Positions 15,574 to 25,500 of a stretch of DNA of 32,000 bases are shown in pieces. Position 1 is the first letter of the stretch. Each line of letters begins with the position of its first letter. A model generated the notes under the pieces. It saw nothing but the letters and a program-made list of their open reading frames with translations. It had not been told where the DNA came from and did no database searches. The translations under genes were made by a program, and so were the position numbers. Source of the DNA: Formosa sp. Hel1_33_131 (GTDB lineage: Bacteria; Bacteroidota; Bacteroidia; Flavobacteriales; Flavobacteriaceae); NCBI RefSeq assembly GCF_001735745.1, contig NZ_CP017260.1, forward strand, positions 2,430,001 to 2,462,000, read 5' to 3'.

Positions 15574-15609
15574 AAAAAAAATCACGTACATCCAAAGATA
15601 CACGTGATT
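15574..15609 (-). terminator. rho-independent terminator of the acyl-CoA synthetase gene
   Basis: Minus-strand hairpin with an AATCACGT/ACGTGATT 8-bp stem and a 3-bp inner stem, followed by eight U (plus-strand A-run 15574-15581). It starts 42 nt downstream of the stop at 15652. Confidence 0.8.
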
Positions 15610-15651
15610 TTAACAGTTTGTGACTCAGAGTCAACGGAACTTAAACTAAAT

Positions 15652-17427
15652 TTAATCGTCTGTATAAATTTTAGAAACCAAATCTTTGTAGAGGTCAAAA
15701 ATGACACTGCGCTTCATTTTCATGGTAGGCGTGAGGTGCCCACCTTCAATACACCACACATCTGGAGTGAGCTCAAACCGTTTGATTTGTTCCCAATTCC
15801 CAAAGCCTTGGTTGGATTTGCTGACTTCTTTCTGGATGCGATCAATGATGATGTCAGACGCACAAATTGCTTCTGGTGTGGGTTCAAGATCAATATTCTT
15901 TCTTACGATCCATTCTTTGATAAACTCAAAATTAAGCTGAATTAAAGCCGCTGGCATTTTTTTATTTTCACCAATCACCATCACTTGTTCGATGAAATTA
16001 GATTCTTTCAAATCATTTTCAATTAGTGTTGGAATGATGTATTTCCCGCCCGAAGTTTTGAACATTTCCTTTTTACGCCCCGTGATTTTAAGAAACCCAT
16101 CGGGGTCAATTTCACCTTTATCACCTGTGTGAAAATAATCGCCACTCATGACTTCCGCGGTTTTTGTAGGATCTTTGAAATAGCCTACCATTACGTTTGG
16201 GCCTTTGATGAGAATTTCGCCATCCTCAGCAATTTTCACTTCCACATTAGAAATCGGTTTTCCAACCGTTCCAATTTTAAAATGATGATCCGTATGCATT
16301 CCCACCGAAACGACTGGAGACGTTTCTGTAAGGCCATAGCCTTCCATAATCATCATTCCCGATGCACAAAAAATACGTGCCAAGCGTGGGTGCAGGGCTG
16401 CACTTCCCGAAACCATGGTGTGCAACTCGCCACCGAGCGCGGCTTTCCATTTGCTGAAAATTAATTTTCGAGCTATTTTTAATTGAAATTCATACCAAAA
16501 TCCGTTGGCTTGGTACGGTTCGTAGCGTTCGCCTAGTTTGATGGCCCAGAAAAACAAGGCTCTTTTGATCCCTGTTAATTCGCTGCCTTTGGCGTTTATT
16601 TTATTAAATACTTTTTCTAACAAGCGTGGCACCACACTCATCAGGTTGGGTTTGATCTCCTGAGCATTTTCGCCAATCTTCTCGATGCTTTCAGCAAAAT
16701 AAATACTGATCCCTGCATGTTGATATATGTAGATCAATACACGTTCAAAAATATGACAGAGTGGTAAAAAACTAAGGACGCGCGTTGTCCCTTCCATTAA
16801 GGGGAGACGTGGCATACTTACCAACACATTTTCAACCACATTGTAATGAGACAACATCACGCCTTTTGGCTTTCCAGTCGTTCCAGAGGTATAAATAATA
16901 GTTGCTAAATCTGAAGGAATGACTTCTGCCTTTCGAGTTTCAACATCGGGTTGCGTACTTTCATCGGCACCCAGTTCAAATAATTCTGTATAATTTTCAC
17001 AACCTTCAATTTCATCAAAACTAAATACCTTTTTCAGTTTTGTGTTGTCTTTTACTTTGAGAACCTTGTTATAAACCTCTTCATCGGATACAAAACAGTA
17101 AACAGCTTCACTGTGATTTAAAACATATTCATAATCGTCCGAAGAAATTGTCGGATAAATCGGGATATTTTGCGCGCCAACTTGAAGCACTCCAACATCG
17201 ACAATACACCATTCGGTACGGTTGGTTGTCGAAATGACGGCGATTTTATCATTTTTTTGAACGCCCATTTTTAGTAAGGCCCTACTGAGTGCATTTGCTT
17301 TATCGAGGTATTCTTTTGTGGATGTTTTCACCCATTCGCCATCTTTCTTAGAAACCAAAGCGGCTTCTAAATTATGAGTCTCTAATTGATAATAAGCAAA
17401 GTCAAATAGTCGCGTAATTGGTTTCAT
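15652..17427 (-). CDS. long-chain fatty acid--CoA ligase (AMP-dependent synthetase)
   Basis: AMP-binding signature YTSGTTGKPKGVMLSH, with GYGLTETSP and TGDKGEIDPDGFLKITGRKKEMFKTSGGKYI. Confidence 0.92.
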   Translation of the reverse strand: MKPITRLFDFAYYQLETHNLEAALVSKKDGEWVKTSTKEYLDKANALSRALLKMGVQKNDKIAVISTTNRTEWCIVDVGVLQVGAQNIPIYPTISSDDYEYVLNHSEAVYCFVSDEEVYNKVLKVKDNTKLKKVFSFDEIEGCENYTELFELGADESTQPDVETRKAEVIPSDLATIIYTSGTTGKPKGVMLSHYNVVENVLVSMPRLPLMEGTTRVLSFLPLCHIFERVLIYIYQHAGISIYFAESIEKIGENAQEIKPNLMSVVPRLLEKVFNKINAKGSELTGIKRALFFWAIKLGERYEPYQANGFWYEFQLKIARKLIFSKWKAALGGELHTMVSGSAALHPRLARIFCASGMMIMEGYGLTETSPVVSVGMHTDHHFKIGTVGKPISNVEVKIAEDGEILIKGPNVMVGYFKDPTKTAEVMSGDYFHTGDKGEIDPDGFLKITGRKKEMFKTSGGKYIIPTLIENDLKESNFIEQVMVIGENKKMPAALIQLNFEFIKEWIVRKNIDLEPTPEAICASDIIIDRIQKEVSKSNQGFGNWEQIKRFELTPDVWCIEGGHLTPTMKMKRSVIFDLYKDLVSKIYTDD

Positions 17428-17444
17428 CGAATTGTAATAAGTTT

Positions 17445-17460
17445 GTGAGCATGCAAAGTA
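17445..17460. promoter_or_regulatory. degenerate copy of the MarR-operator motif upstream of the acyl-CoA synthetase gene
   Basis: GTGAGCATGCAAAGTA against TTATGCATGCATAGTA matches at 11 of 16 positions, and at 11 of 12 over GCATGCA-AGTA. It lies 18-33 nt upstream of the ATG at 17427. Confidence 0.35.
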
Positions 17461-17509
17461 CTAATTTTTAAAAGAGTATCAAATTTGATTCTTTAAAAAT
17501 AAATACATC

Positions 17510-20500
17510 TTATTTTAAGGCCTCTAACCACAGTTTTGCATTCACAAATCCTTCTAACCAAGGCGAGACATCATCAGTTCTGTTTTCAGGGTAATGTGCC
17601 CAATTCCACTGAAAGGTCGAACGCTCAATATGCGGCATTGTTACCAAGTGACGCCCTGTTGCATCACACATCATGGCGGTGTTAAAATCGGAACCATTTG
17701 GGTTGTGGGGATAGGCATCGTAGGCATATTTACCGACAATGTTATAGTTGGACTCTTCATAAGGCAATTTAAACTTCCCTTCCCCATGAGATATCCAAAC
17801 GCCAAGTGTACTTCCCTCCAAAGACGAAAGCATCACCGAATTATTTTTCTGAATGGTGACCGACGTAAACGCACTTTCGTGTTTTTGAGAATCATTGTAT
17901 GTTAATTTCCCATGTTTTTCGTGTTCTGGGTTGATCAAATCCAATTCCATCCAAAGTTGACACCCATTACAGATGCCGACAGATAACGTGTCTGGACGCT
18001 CAAAGAAATTTTTGAGAGCCAATTTGGCCTTCTCATTGTATTTAAACGCGCCTGCCCATCCTTTAGCCGAGCCCAAAACATCACTGTTGCTAAAGCCGCC
18101 AACGGCTCCAATAAACTGGATATGTTCAAGAGTTTCACGTCCCGAAATTAAATCGGTCATGTGCACATCCTTCACGTCAAAACCAGCCAAATACATGGCG
18201 TTTGCCATTTCTCGTTCAGAGTTACTTCCTTTCTCTCTTATGATAGCGGCCTTTGGTTTGTTTGTTAGGTTGATATTAGGCAATTTCCCAGTGAACTGTT
18301 GTGGAAATTTATAGTTAAGTACTTGTGTTTTATAATTATCAAATCGATCTTTTGCCAATCCATTAGCCGTTTGTTTTTGATCGAGTAAATATGAGGTTTC
18401 ATACCACACATCTCTTAATTCATTGATGTTTAAAGCTAAATCATCCGATGCGTTTTTAATGTTTAAAACAGGCTGATTTGTCACGGTTCCAAGTTCATAA
18501 AAATCAATAGACACTTTTGATAGTTCGGCTGCTACAGAGGCATCTACTGCTTGAAATACAATCCCTGAATTTTCGGAGAATAACAGTTTGATACTGTCTG
18601 CTTCTTCAAGGGAATTCAAATCCAAATCGGCTCCTAAATTGGTATCTGAAAAACACAGTTCTAATAAAGTGGTGATCAATCCACCAGAAGCGACATCGTG
18701 ACCTGCTACAATTTTATTGTTTTGAATCAACTCTTGAAGTGTATTAAATACCGTTTTCACATAAGCTGCACTTTGTACGTTTGGCGTTTCTGTTCCAATG
18801 GTATTTAAAATTTGTCCAAAGGCACTGCCGCCTAATTTAAAAGCATCTTGAGATATATTGATGTAATAAATAGGACCTGCATTTTGTTTAAATAAAGGCT
18901 CTACCACTTTAGAAATCGCATTACAGTTTCCTGCCGCCGTAATAATAACCGTCCCTGGAGAGACCACATCGCCTTCAGGATATTTTTGTTTCATTGAGAG
19001 TGAATCTTTTCCTGTTGGAACGTTGATTCCTAAGTCAATCGCAAATTCAGAAATGGCTTCCACCGCGCTGTACAAGCGTGCATCTTCTCCTTCATTTTTA
19101 CAAGGCCACATCCAGTTGGCAGACAATGAGATACTATCTAAACCGTCTTTTAAAGGGGCCCAAATAATATTAGTAAGTGCTTCAGTAATGGCAGCACGAC
19201 TCCCAGCTTTGGGGTCAATAAGTGCCGCCACAGGCGCATGTCCTAAAGAAGTCGCAATCCCTTCTTGACTTGAATAATCCAAGGCCATCACACCCACATT
19301 ATTGAGCGGGAGTTGTAAGGGGCCAACACATTGTTGTTTGGCAACTTTACCACCCACACAACGATCGACTTTGTTGGTCAACCAATCTTTACAAGCGACA
19401 GATTCAAGTTTTAAAACGTCTTCAAGATAAATTTGAAATAAACTGCTGTCATAAGAAGCCGATTTGTAATTTCTGACAATGGTTTTATCTTCTAAAATCG
19501 TTTTAGGAGAGCTTCCAAACATGTCTTCTAAATTAAAATCCATAGGTTTATTTCCTGTAGATTTTGATTCAAATACAAAACGGTGATCGCCGGTTACGTT
19601 TCCCACCGTGTACATAGGCGAGCGTTCTCTGTCGGCAATTTTTTGTAAGGTATCAATATGTTTTTCAGCAATCACAAGCCCCATGCGTTCTTGAGATTCG
19701 TTGCCAATTAATTCTTTGTTTGAGAGGGTAGGATCGCCAACTGGAAGTTGATCTAAATCGATATGCCCTCCGGTATCTTCGACCAATTCTGACAAGCAAT
19801 TTAAATGTCCACCTGCGCCATGATCGTGTATGGATACAATGAAATTCTCTTCACTTTCAATCATGCCTCGCACGGCATTTGCAGCACGCTTTTGCATTTC
19901 AGGATTCGAACGTTGTACGGCATTTAATTCAATTCCGCTTGATAATGCGCCTGTATCTGCAGAGGATACAGCTGCGCCGCCCATTCCAATGCGGTAATTT
20001 TCGCCTCCGAGGATGACGATTTTATCATTTTTTTCAGGGGTGTCTTTCAGTGCTTGATCGGCTTTTCCGTAGCCAATCCCACCAGCTTGCATGATGACTT
20101 TATCAAATCCTAATCGTTGGGCGTCTTCCTGATGCTCGAATGTGAGCACCGACCCACAAATGAGGGGTTGACCAAATTTATTTCCAAAATCAGAAGCACC
20201 GTTAGAGGCTTTGATCAAAATATCCATGGGAGTTTGATAGAGCCAGTTCCGTTCTTTAAATCCAGCTTCCCAAGGTCGGTTGGAATTTAATCGCGAGTAA
20301 GAGGTCATGTAAACCGCTGTTCCTGCCAAGGGCAACGACCCTTTTCCGCCTGCGAGACGGTCTCTAATTTCGCCTCCAGAACCTGTTGCAGCCCCATTAA
20401 AAGGTTCTACAGTGGTGGGAAAATTATGCGTTTCAGCTTTGATGGAAATTACAGATTCAAAATCTTCTGTGGTATAGAAATCAGGTTTGTCAGCACTTTT

Positions 20501-21172
20501 AGGTGCAAACTGTTCTACGACGGGACCTTTTACAAAAGCAACATTATCTTTGTATGCTGATACGATGGTATTCGGGTGTTGTTTAGATGTTTCTTTTATG
20601 AGTTTGAAAAGGGAAGTTGGTTTTTCTTCCCCATCAATTACAAAGGTTCCGTTAAATATTTTATGGCGGCAATGCTCCGAATTGACTTGTGAAAATCCAA
20701 AGACTTCCGAGTCGGTGAGGGGTCTGCCTATTTTTTTACTGACTTGATTGAGGTATTCAATTTCATCGGCATTTAAAGACAGTCCTTCTTGCTGGTTGTA
20801 AGCAGAAATATCATTGATATTCAAAATCGGTTCTGGGGTGATGTCAATATCAAAACTCTGCTGGTGTAAGCCTTCAAATTTTTCTGAAATCATAGGATCA
20901 AAATCAGAAAAACCTTCTTCAATTGTATGAAATTCTTCGATTCGAATAATCCCTTCAATACCCATGTTTTGGGTAATTTCGACGGCATTCGTACTCCAAG
21001 GCGTAATCATTGCTGCACGTGGGCCTACAAAAGTTGAATTGAGTGTTGTCTGTTCTATTTTTGGTTGGTCACCAAAAAGCCATTGTAGTTTGGCGATCGT
21101 TTCGGGAGTTAATTCGTTTACGGTTTGAACTGCAAATACCTTTGTATCTAGGGTACCAAAGAAATGAATCAT
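17510..21172 (-). CDS. purL: phosphoribosylformylglycinamidine synthase, single-chain large form
   Basis: 1220 aa with the FGAM synthetase domain (SEHCRHKIF, GAATGSGGEIRD) and a C-terminal glutamine amidotransferase (GICNGCQ). Confidence 0.96.
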   Translation of the reverse strand: MIHFFGTLDTKVFAVQTVNELTPETIAKLQWLFGDQPKIEQTTLNSTFVGPRAAMITPWSTNAVEITQNMGIEGIIRIEEFHTIEEGFSDFDPMISEKFEGLHQQSFDIDITPEPILNINDISAYNQQEGLSLNADEIEYLNQVSKKIGRPLTDSEVFGFSQVNSEHCRHKIFNGTFVIDGEEKPTSLFKLIKETSKQHPNTIVSAYKDNVAFVKGPVVEQFAPKSADKPDFYTTEDFESVISIKAETHNFPTTVEPFNGAATGSGGEIRDRLAGGKGSLPLAGTAVYMTSYSRLNSNRPWEAGFKERNWLYQTPMDILIKASNGASDFGNKFGQPLICGSVLTFEHQEDAQRLGFDKVIMQAGGIGYGKADQALKDTPEKNDKIVILGGENYRIGMGGAAVSSADTGALSSGIELNAVQRSNPEMQKRAANAVRGMIESEENFIVSIHDHGAGGHLNCLSELVEDTGGHIDLDQLPVGDPTLSNKELIGNESQERMGLVIAEKHIDTLQKIADRERSPMYTVGNVTGDHRFVFESKSTGNKPMDFNLEDMFGSSPKTILEDKTIVRNYKSASYDSSLFQIYLEDVLKLESVACKDWLTNKVDRCVGGKVAKQQCVGPLQLPLNNVGVMALDYSSQEGIATSLGHAPVAALIDPKAGSRAAITEALTNIIWAPLKDGLDSISLSANWMWPCKNEGEDARLYSAVEAISEFAIDLGINVPTGKDSLSMKQKYPEGDVVSPGTVIITAAGNCNAISKVVEPLFKQNAGPIYYINISQDAFKLGGSAFGQILNTIGTETPNVQSAAYVKTVFNTLQELIQNNKIVAGHDVASGGLITTLLELCFSDTNLGADLDLNSLEEADSIKLLFSENSGIVFQAVDASVAAELSKVSIDFYELGTVTNQPVLNIKNASDDLALNINELRDVWYETSYLLDQKQTANGLAKDRFDNYKTQVLNYKFPQQFTGKLPNINLTNKPKAAIIREKGSNSEREMANAMYLAGFDVKDVHMTDLISGRETLEHIQFIGAVGGFSNSDVLGSAKGWAGAFKYNEKAKLALKNFFERPDTLSVGICNGCQLWMELDLINPEHEKHGKLTYNDSQKHESAFTSVTIQKNNSVMLSSLEGSTLGVWISHGEGKFKLPYEESNYNIVGKYAYDAYPHNPNGSDFNTAMMCDATGRHLVTMPHIERSTFQWNWAHYPENRTDDVSPWLEGFVNAKLWLEALK

Positions 21173-21202
21173 TCGTTTTGTTTTGGATATTATTCGATCC
21201 TA

Positions 21203-21210
21203 CAAATTTA
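21203..21210 (-). promoter_or_regulatory. candidate -7 box TAAATTTG for purL
   Basis: The minus strand reads TAAATTTG (TAnnTTTG consensus), 30 nt upstream of the purL ATG. I found no clear -33 TTG. Confidence 0.3.
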
Positions 21211-21304
21211 ATGATTTTAAGAGTATTTTTGAATGATTTTATTTCCTAATTTATGGAGTTATTCACCAGTTTTGAACATCCCCAAAAAGGATTATAAAAC
21301 CATC

Positions 21305-22516
21305 TTATTTTTTCTCTAATAAAGCCATATAAAATCCGTCAAATCCAGTTTCGTGCGCCAGTATTTTTTTGTCTTTTATAAATGTAAAATCTTTTCCAGA
21401 TTCTGATTTTAAAAAGGTTTTAACTTGAGTTTCATTTTCAGAAGGCAATACTGAACAAGTGGCATAGACCATTTTTCCTTCTGGCTTTACCATTTTAGAA
21501 TATTGTTGCAAAACCTCTTGTTGAGTTTTACGGATTCGGTCTATAAATTCAGGTTCTAGTTTCCATTTTGAATCTGGATTTCGTCTTAAAACTCCCAATC
21601 CAGAACAAGGCGCATCAATCAATAAGCGATCCGCTTTTTCATGCAATTTTTTGATTGGTTTTGTAGAGTCAATCACTTTCATTTCAATATTATGGGCGCC
21701 ATCACGACGGGCTCTAATTTTTAGTTTTTTCAATTTACTTTCGTAAATATCCATCGCTACGACGGAGCCTTTATTTTCCATCAATGCAGAAAGGTGTAAG
21801 GTTTTTCCACCTGCGCCTGCACAACAATCCACTACTTTCATGCCTGGTTTCACATCTAAAAAATCAGCAACTAATTGCGAAGAAGCATCTTGAACTTCAA
21901 ACCAGCCATCTTTAAACGCTTCCGTTGTAAATACATTGGCGCGTTCTTTCAGTTGTAAGGCGTAAGGATACCCCTCAATTTCGATGGTTTCAATGCCTTC
22001 AGATTCTAATTTTAATTTTAAATCTGCTTTCGATGTTTTTAAGGTATTGGTTCTTAAAATAACACTGGCTTGTTTATTTTGCATGGCCATTTCTTTGGTC
22101 CATTTGGCTTCGCCTAATTCTTTAACACCTAATTCATCAATCCAATCTGGAATGGATTCACGGTATTTCCGGTCTTTGGAAAGTTCGTCAAAACGCCCTT
22201 TTATTTTTCTAGAAGGTGTGCCTTCAAAATATTTCCAATCGGGTAATTTCACTCCTTTAAGCGTTGCCCATACTGCAAACAAGCGCCAAGCATCATCTCT
22301 GCTAAATGGCTCTTTGATTTGCGCAATCTCTGCATACAAACGTTTCCAGCGTACGATATCATAAGTGGTTTCAGCCACAAATCCACGGTCGCGACTTCCC
22401 CAACGTTTATCACGTTTTAATAATTTCTGAATGACTTTGTCAGCATATTCTCCTTCATTAAAGATCAGTAAAAGTCCGTCGATGACCGCAAAACATAAGT
22501 TTCTGTGTAAACGCAT
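21305..22516 (-). CDS. RsmB/NOP-family SAM-dependent RNA cytosine-C5 methyltransferase
   Basis: SAM-binding motif DCCAGAGGKT and catalytic motifs DAPCSGLGVLRRNPD and YATCS. Confidence 0.88.
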   Translation of the reverse strand: MRLHRNLCFAVIDGLLLIFNEGEYADKVIQKLLKRDKRWGSRDRGFVAETTYDIVRWKRLYAEIAQIKEPFSRDDAWRLFAVWATLKGVKLPDWKYFEGTPSRKIKGRFDELSKDRKYRESIPDWIDELGVKELGEAKWTKEMAMQNKQASVILRTNTLKTSKADLKLKLESEGIETIEIEGYPYALQLKERANVFTTEAFKDGWFEVQDASSQLVADFLDVKPGMKVVDCCAGAGGKTLHLSALMENKGSVVAMDIYESKLKKLKIRARRDGAHNIEMKVIDSTKPIKKLHEKADRLLIDAPCSGLGVLRRNPDSKWKLEPEFIDRIRKTQQEVLQQYSKMVKPEGKMVYATCSVLPSENETQVKTFLKSESGKDFTFIKDKKILAHETGFDGFYMALLEKK

Positions 22517-22614
22517 AAGTAAATTAGTTATAGCTGCAAAGTTACGTTTAATAATGCTAATTATTACAGATAATATGTATATTGAGAATTCAATTTTTCT
22601 AAATAAAAACGATC

Positions 22615-23640
22615 ATGAAATACGCACTCTCCATCGGAATGTTCATCCTCTTTTTTACGGGGTGTAAGCATTCAAAAAAAACGCCTTCAACTCCATTTTC
22701 TAAATTGATTATTGAATCGGTGATTGAAGATTCTCTGCTCAATATTAGAGCTTTGGAAATTAATGAACAAACCTTAAAAGCTGTATCCTCTATTGGTGAT
22801 GTCTATACTTATGATACAAAAACAGGACAAATGGCAGTCGAAAGGGTTTCGGAGGATACTCTAAATTTTCGAGCTTCGGCAATCGTAGAGAATTCTTATT
22901 TTGCGTTAAGCATTGGAAGTCCAGCGTATTTATTTAAAAATCAAGAATTGGTGTATGAAGAAACACATCCTGCTGCTTTTTATGATGCGCTTCATTTTTG
23001 GAATTCCAAAGAAGGCATTGCGATTGGTGATCCAACGGATGGTTGCATGAGTATGGTGATTACAAGAGATGGCGGACTGACATGGCAAAAAATATCATGT
23101 GATATACTACCTCCAGCAATGGAAGGTGAAGCCGCTTTTGCTGCGAGTGATACAAATATTGCGATTGTAGGCGATCAAACTTGGGTGGCTACTGGCGGTC
23201 GATCGAGTCGTGTTTTATATTCTTCGGATAAAGGAATGACTTGGGATGTTTTTGAGACTCCAATTGTTCAAGGTCTTGAAACGACGGGTATGTATTCCAT
23301 AGATTTTTATGATGCTCTAAACGGATTTGCCATTGGTGGCGATTATACAAAACCAAAAAGTCAACATTCCAATAAAATCCGTACAAAGGATGGCGGGAAA
23401 ACTTGGGAAGTGGTGGCACAGGATCAAAGCCCGGGTTATCGGAGTTGTGTGCAATATGTGCCTAACAGCAACGCAATGGGCTTGGTTGCCTTGGGTTTTG
23501 CGGGGGTCGATTACAGTCAAGACGGCGGTGCTACTTGGAAGCACCTTAGCGATGAAAGCTATTATACCCTTCGATTTTTAAATGACAGTGTGGCTTTCGC
23601 TGCTGGAAAAGGGAAAATTTCTAAACTGACGTTTAAGTAG
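22615..23640 (+). CDS. BNR/Asp-box beta-propeller lipoprotein (Ycf48-like)
   Basis: Lipobox FFTGC. Asp-boxes TRDGGLTW, SSDKGMTW, TKDGGKTW and SQDGGATW. Confidence 0.75.
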   Translation: MKYALSIGMFILFFTGCKHSKKTPSTPFSKLIIESVIEDSLLNIRALEINEQTLKAVSSIGDVYTYDTKTGQMAVERVSEDTLNFRASAIVENSYFALSIGSPAYLFKNQELVYEETHPAAFYDALHFWNSKEGIAIGDPTDGCMSMVITRDGGLTWQKISCDILPPAMEGEAAFAASDTNIAIVGDQTWVATGGRSSRVLYSSDKGMTWDVFETPIVQGLETTGMYSIDFYDALNGFAIGGDYTKPKSQHSNKIRTKDGGKTWEVVAQDQSPGYRSCVQYVPNSNAMGLVALGFAGVDYSQDGGATWKHLSDESYYTLRFLNDSVAFAAGKGKISKLTFK

Positions 23641-23676
23641 TGACAGTAATAGATCAGTTTGTTAAAGTTTAAACTT

Positions 23677-25500
23677 TTATTGAAACGACTGCATAGATAC
23701 AAGGTTGTTGTAAACTCCTTTTTTGTCTAACAATTCTTGGTGTTTTCCTTGCTCTACTATTTGACCTTTTTGCATCACGATGATTTCATCCGCATTCTGA
23801 ATGGTTGAAAGTCGATGCGCAATCACAATAGAGGTTCTGTTTTTCATCATGTTTTCCAAGGCGACTTGCACCAAGCGTTCGCTCTCTGTGTCCAATGCAG
23901 AAGTGGCCTCGTCCAAAATCATGATCGGAGGGTTCTTTAAGACGGCTCTGGCAATGCTCAAACGTTGTTTTTGACCTCCTGATAATTTATTTCCTGAATC
24001 TCCAATGTTGGTATCCATGCCTTCCGGTAAGTCTTTTACAAACTCCCAAGCATTCGCAATTTCTAAGGCCTTTAAAACTTCGTAGTCAGTGGCATCCTCT
24101 TTACCTAAACGCACGTTATTTTTAATGGTATCATTGAAAAGAATAGAATCTTGTGTGACCAAGCCCATTAGGTTACGCAAGGAGTGTTTTGTAAGCGTCC
24201 GAATATCTGTACCATCAATATCGATCTGTCCTTCATTCACATCATAGAATCGAGTTACTAAATTGGCGATGGTCGATTTTCCACTTCCAGATTGTCCTAC
24301 AAGTGCGACGGATTTTCCCTTAGGAACTGAAATTGAAAAGTTTTTCAGAACATATTCATCCTCATATTTGAAGCTAATATTTTTTATTTCAATAGCAGAC
24401 TCAAAATCAGTTTTAGTCAGAGCATTTGGGATGTCTTTTAAAGGCGATTCTGAGTTTAGAATTTCCATCACTCGCTCTGCTGCGGCATTCCCTCTCTTAA
24501 CGCCATAACTTGCTTTGCTTATAGCTTTGGCGGGTGTTAGGATATTATAAGCCAATCCCATGTAAACTAAGAACAAACTTGCGTCTAATGATTTTTCATT
24601 CAACACCATATTTCCTCCGTACCATAACAAGATAGCGATGACTGTAATACCTAAAAATTCACTTGTCGGACCTGCTAGATTTTGCTTGTTTAATAATTTA
24701 TTTGAATACTTATAAAACCGTGTGGTAGAGGATTGGAATTTATTACTAAAAATCTTTTCACCGTTAAAACCTTTAATAACTTTAAGACCTGAAAGTGTTT
24801 CATCAACAATAGACAGGAAATAGCCTTGTTCTTTTTGAACTTTATTAGAATTTCGTTTTAACGACTTCCCTATGAGTGAAATCAGAAATCCAGAGATTGG
24901 GATAAATATCAATACAAAAATTGAAAGTTTTGGACTGATTATAAACATGGATACAAGCGTGAACAGAATTGTGAGTGGCTCTCTTACGATCAGCTCTAGA
25001 ATAGATAAAAACGAGTGTTGAATTTCTAAAACATCTGTAGAGATTCTAGACATGGTGTCTCCTTTTCGTTTTTCGGAATAAAAGGCTAATGGAAGACTGG
25101 TTACTTTGTCATACAATTCGTTTCTCATATCTTTTAAAACACCATTTCTTAAGAAGGTAATAAAAAACATTGCTAAGTAGCTAAAGAAGTTTTTTAATAA
25201 AAATGAACTTATCACAAATCCCACCATAAAAATAAGGACATCATCATTTCCTTCAGATTTTTTTAGGGTGATAAAATAGTTAAGATAGTCTTCTCCATAA
25301 GAGGTTAGATGTCTAAATCCTTCCCATTTGGGTTTAATGAAAAGTGCTTCGGAATCTCCAAATAACACTTTAAGCATTGGAAATAAAGAAATCATCGATA
25401 AGGTCCCGAAAAATGCATAAAAGATGTTGCAAATAACATTCAGTAACGCATAAAATTTATAAGGAATCGCATAGCGAAGAATCGGTTTTAAATAATTCAT
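23677..25500 (-). CDS. ABC transporter permease/ATPase fusion (MsbA-like exporter)
   Basis: N-terminal six-TM domain. Walker A GQSGSGKST, signature LSGGQKQR and Walker B ILDEATSALD. Confidence 0.92.
   Translation of the reverse strand: MNYLKPILRYAIPYKFYALLNVICNIFYAFFGTLSMISLFPMLKVLFGDSEALFIKPKWEGFRHLTSYGEDYLNYFITLKKSEGNDDVLIFMVGFVISSFLLKNFFSYLAMFFITFLRNGVLKDMRNELYDKVTSLPLAFYSEKRKGDTMSRISTDVLEIQHSFLSILELIVREPLTILFTLVSMFIISPKLSIFVLIFIPISGFLISLIGKSLKRNSNKVQKEQGYFLSIVDETLSGLKVIKGFNGEKIFSNKFQSSTTRFYKYSNKLLNKQNLAGPTSEFLGITVIAILLWYGGNMVLNEKSLDASLFLVYMGLAYNILTPAKAISKASYGVKRGNAAAERVMEILNSESPLKDIPNALTKTDFESAIEIKNISFKYEDEYVLKNFSISVPKGKSVALVGQSGSGKSTIANLVTRFYDVNEGQIDIDGTDIRTLTKHSLRNLMGLVTQDSILFNDTIKNNVRLGKEDATDYEVLKALEIANAWEFVKDLPEGMDTNIGDSGNKLSGGQKQRLSIARAVLKNPPIMILDEATSALDTESERLVQVALENMMKNRTSIVIAHRLSTIQNADEIIVMQKGQIVEQGKHQELLDKKGVYNNLVSMQSFQ

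Noticed and set aside
15604-15945. 113-aa plus-strand ORF and other antisense ORFs nested in large genes (for example 16129-16464, 17973-18314, 21984-22364, 9589-9894, 3430-3708, 1222-1458)
   Set aside because: All lie entirely antisense within genes that have strong family signatures. Their low-complexity or odd composition is typical of shadow ORFs in AT-rich DNA.
23664-23677. Palindrome AAAGTTTAAACTTT between convergent genes as a bidirectional terminator
   Set aside because: It is a loop-less, AT-only 14-bp palindrome overlapping the ABC exporter stop codon, so it cannot form a stable hairpin.
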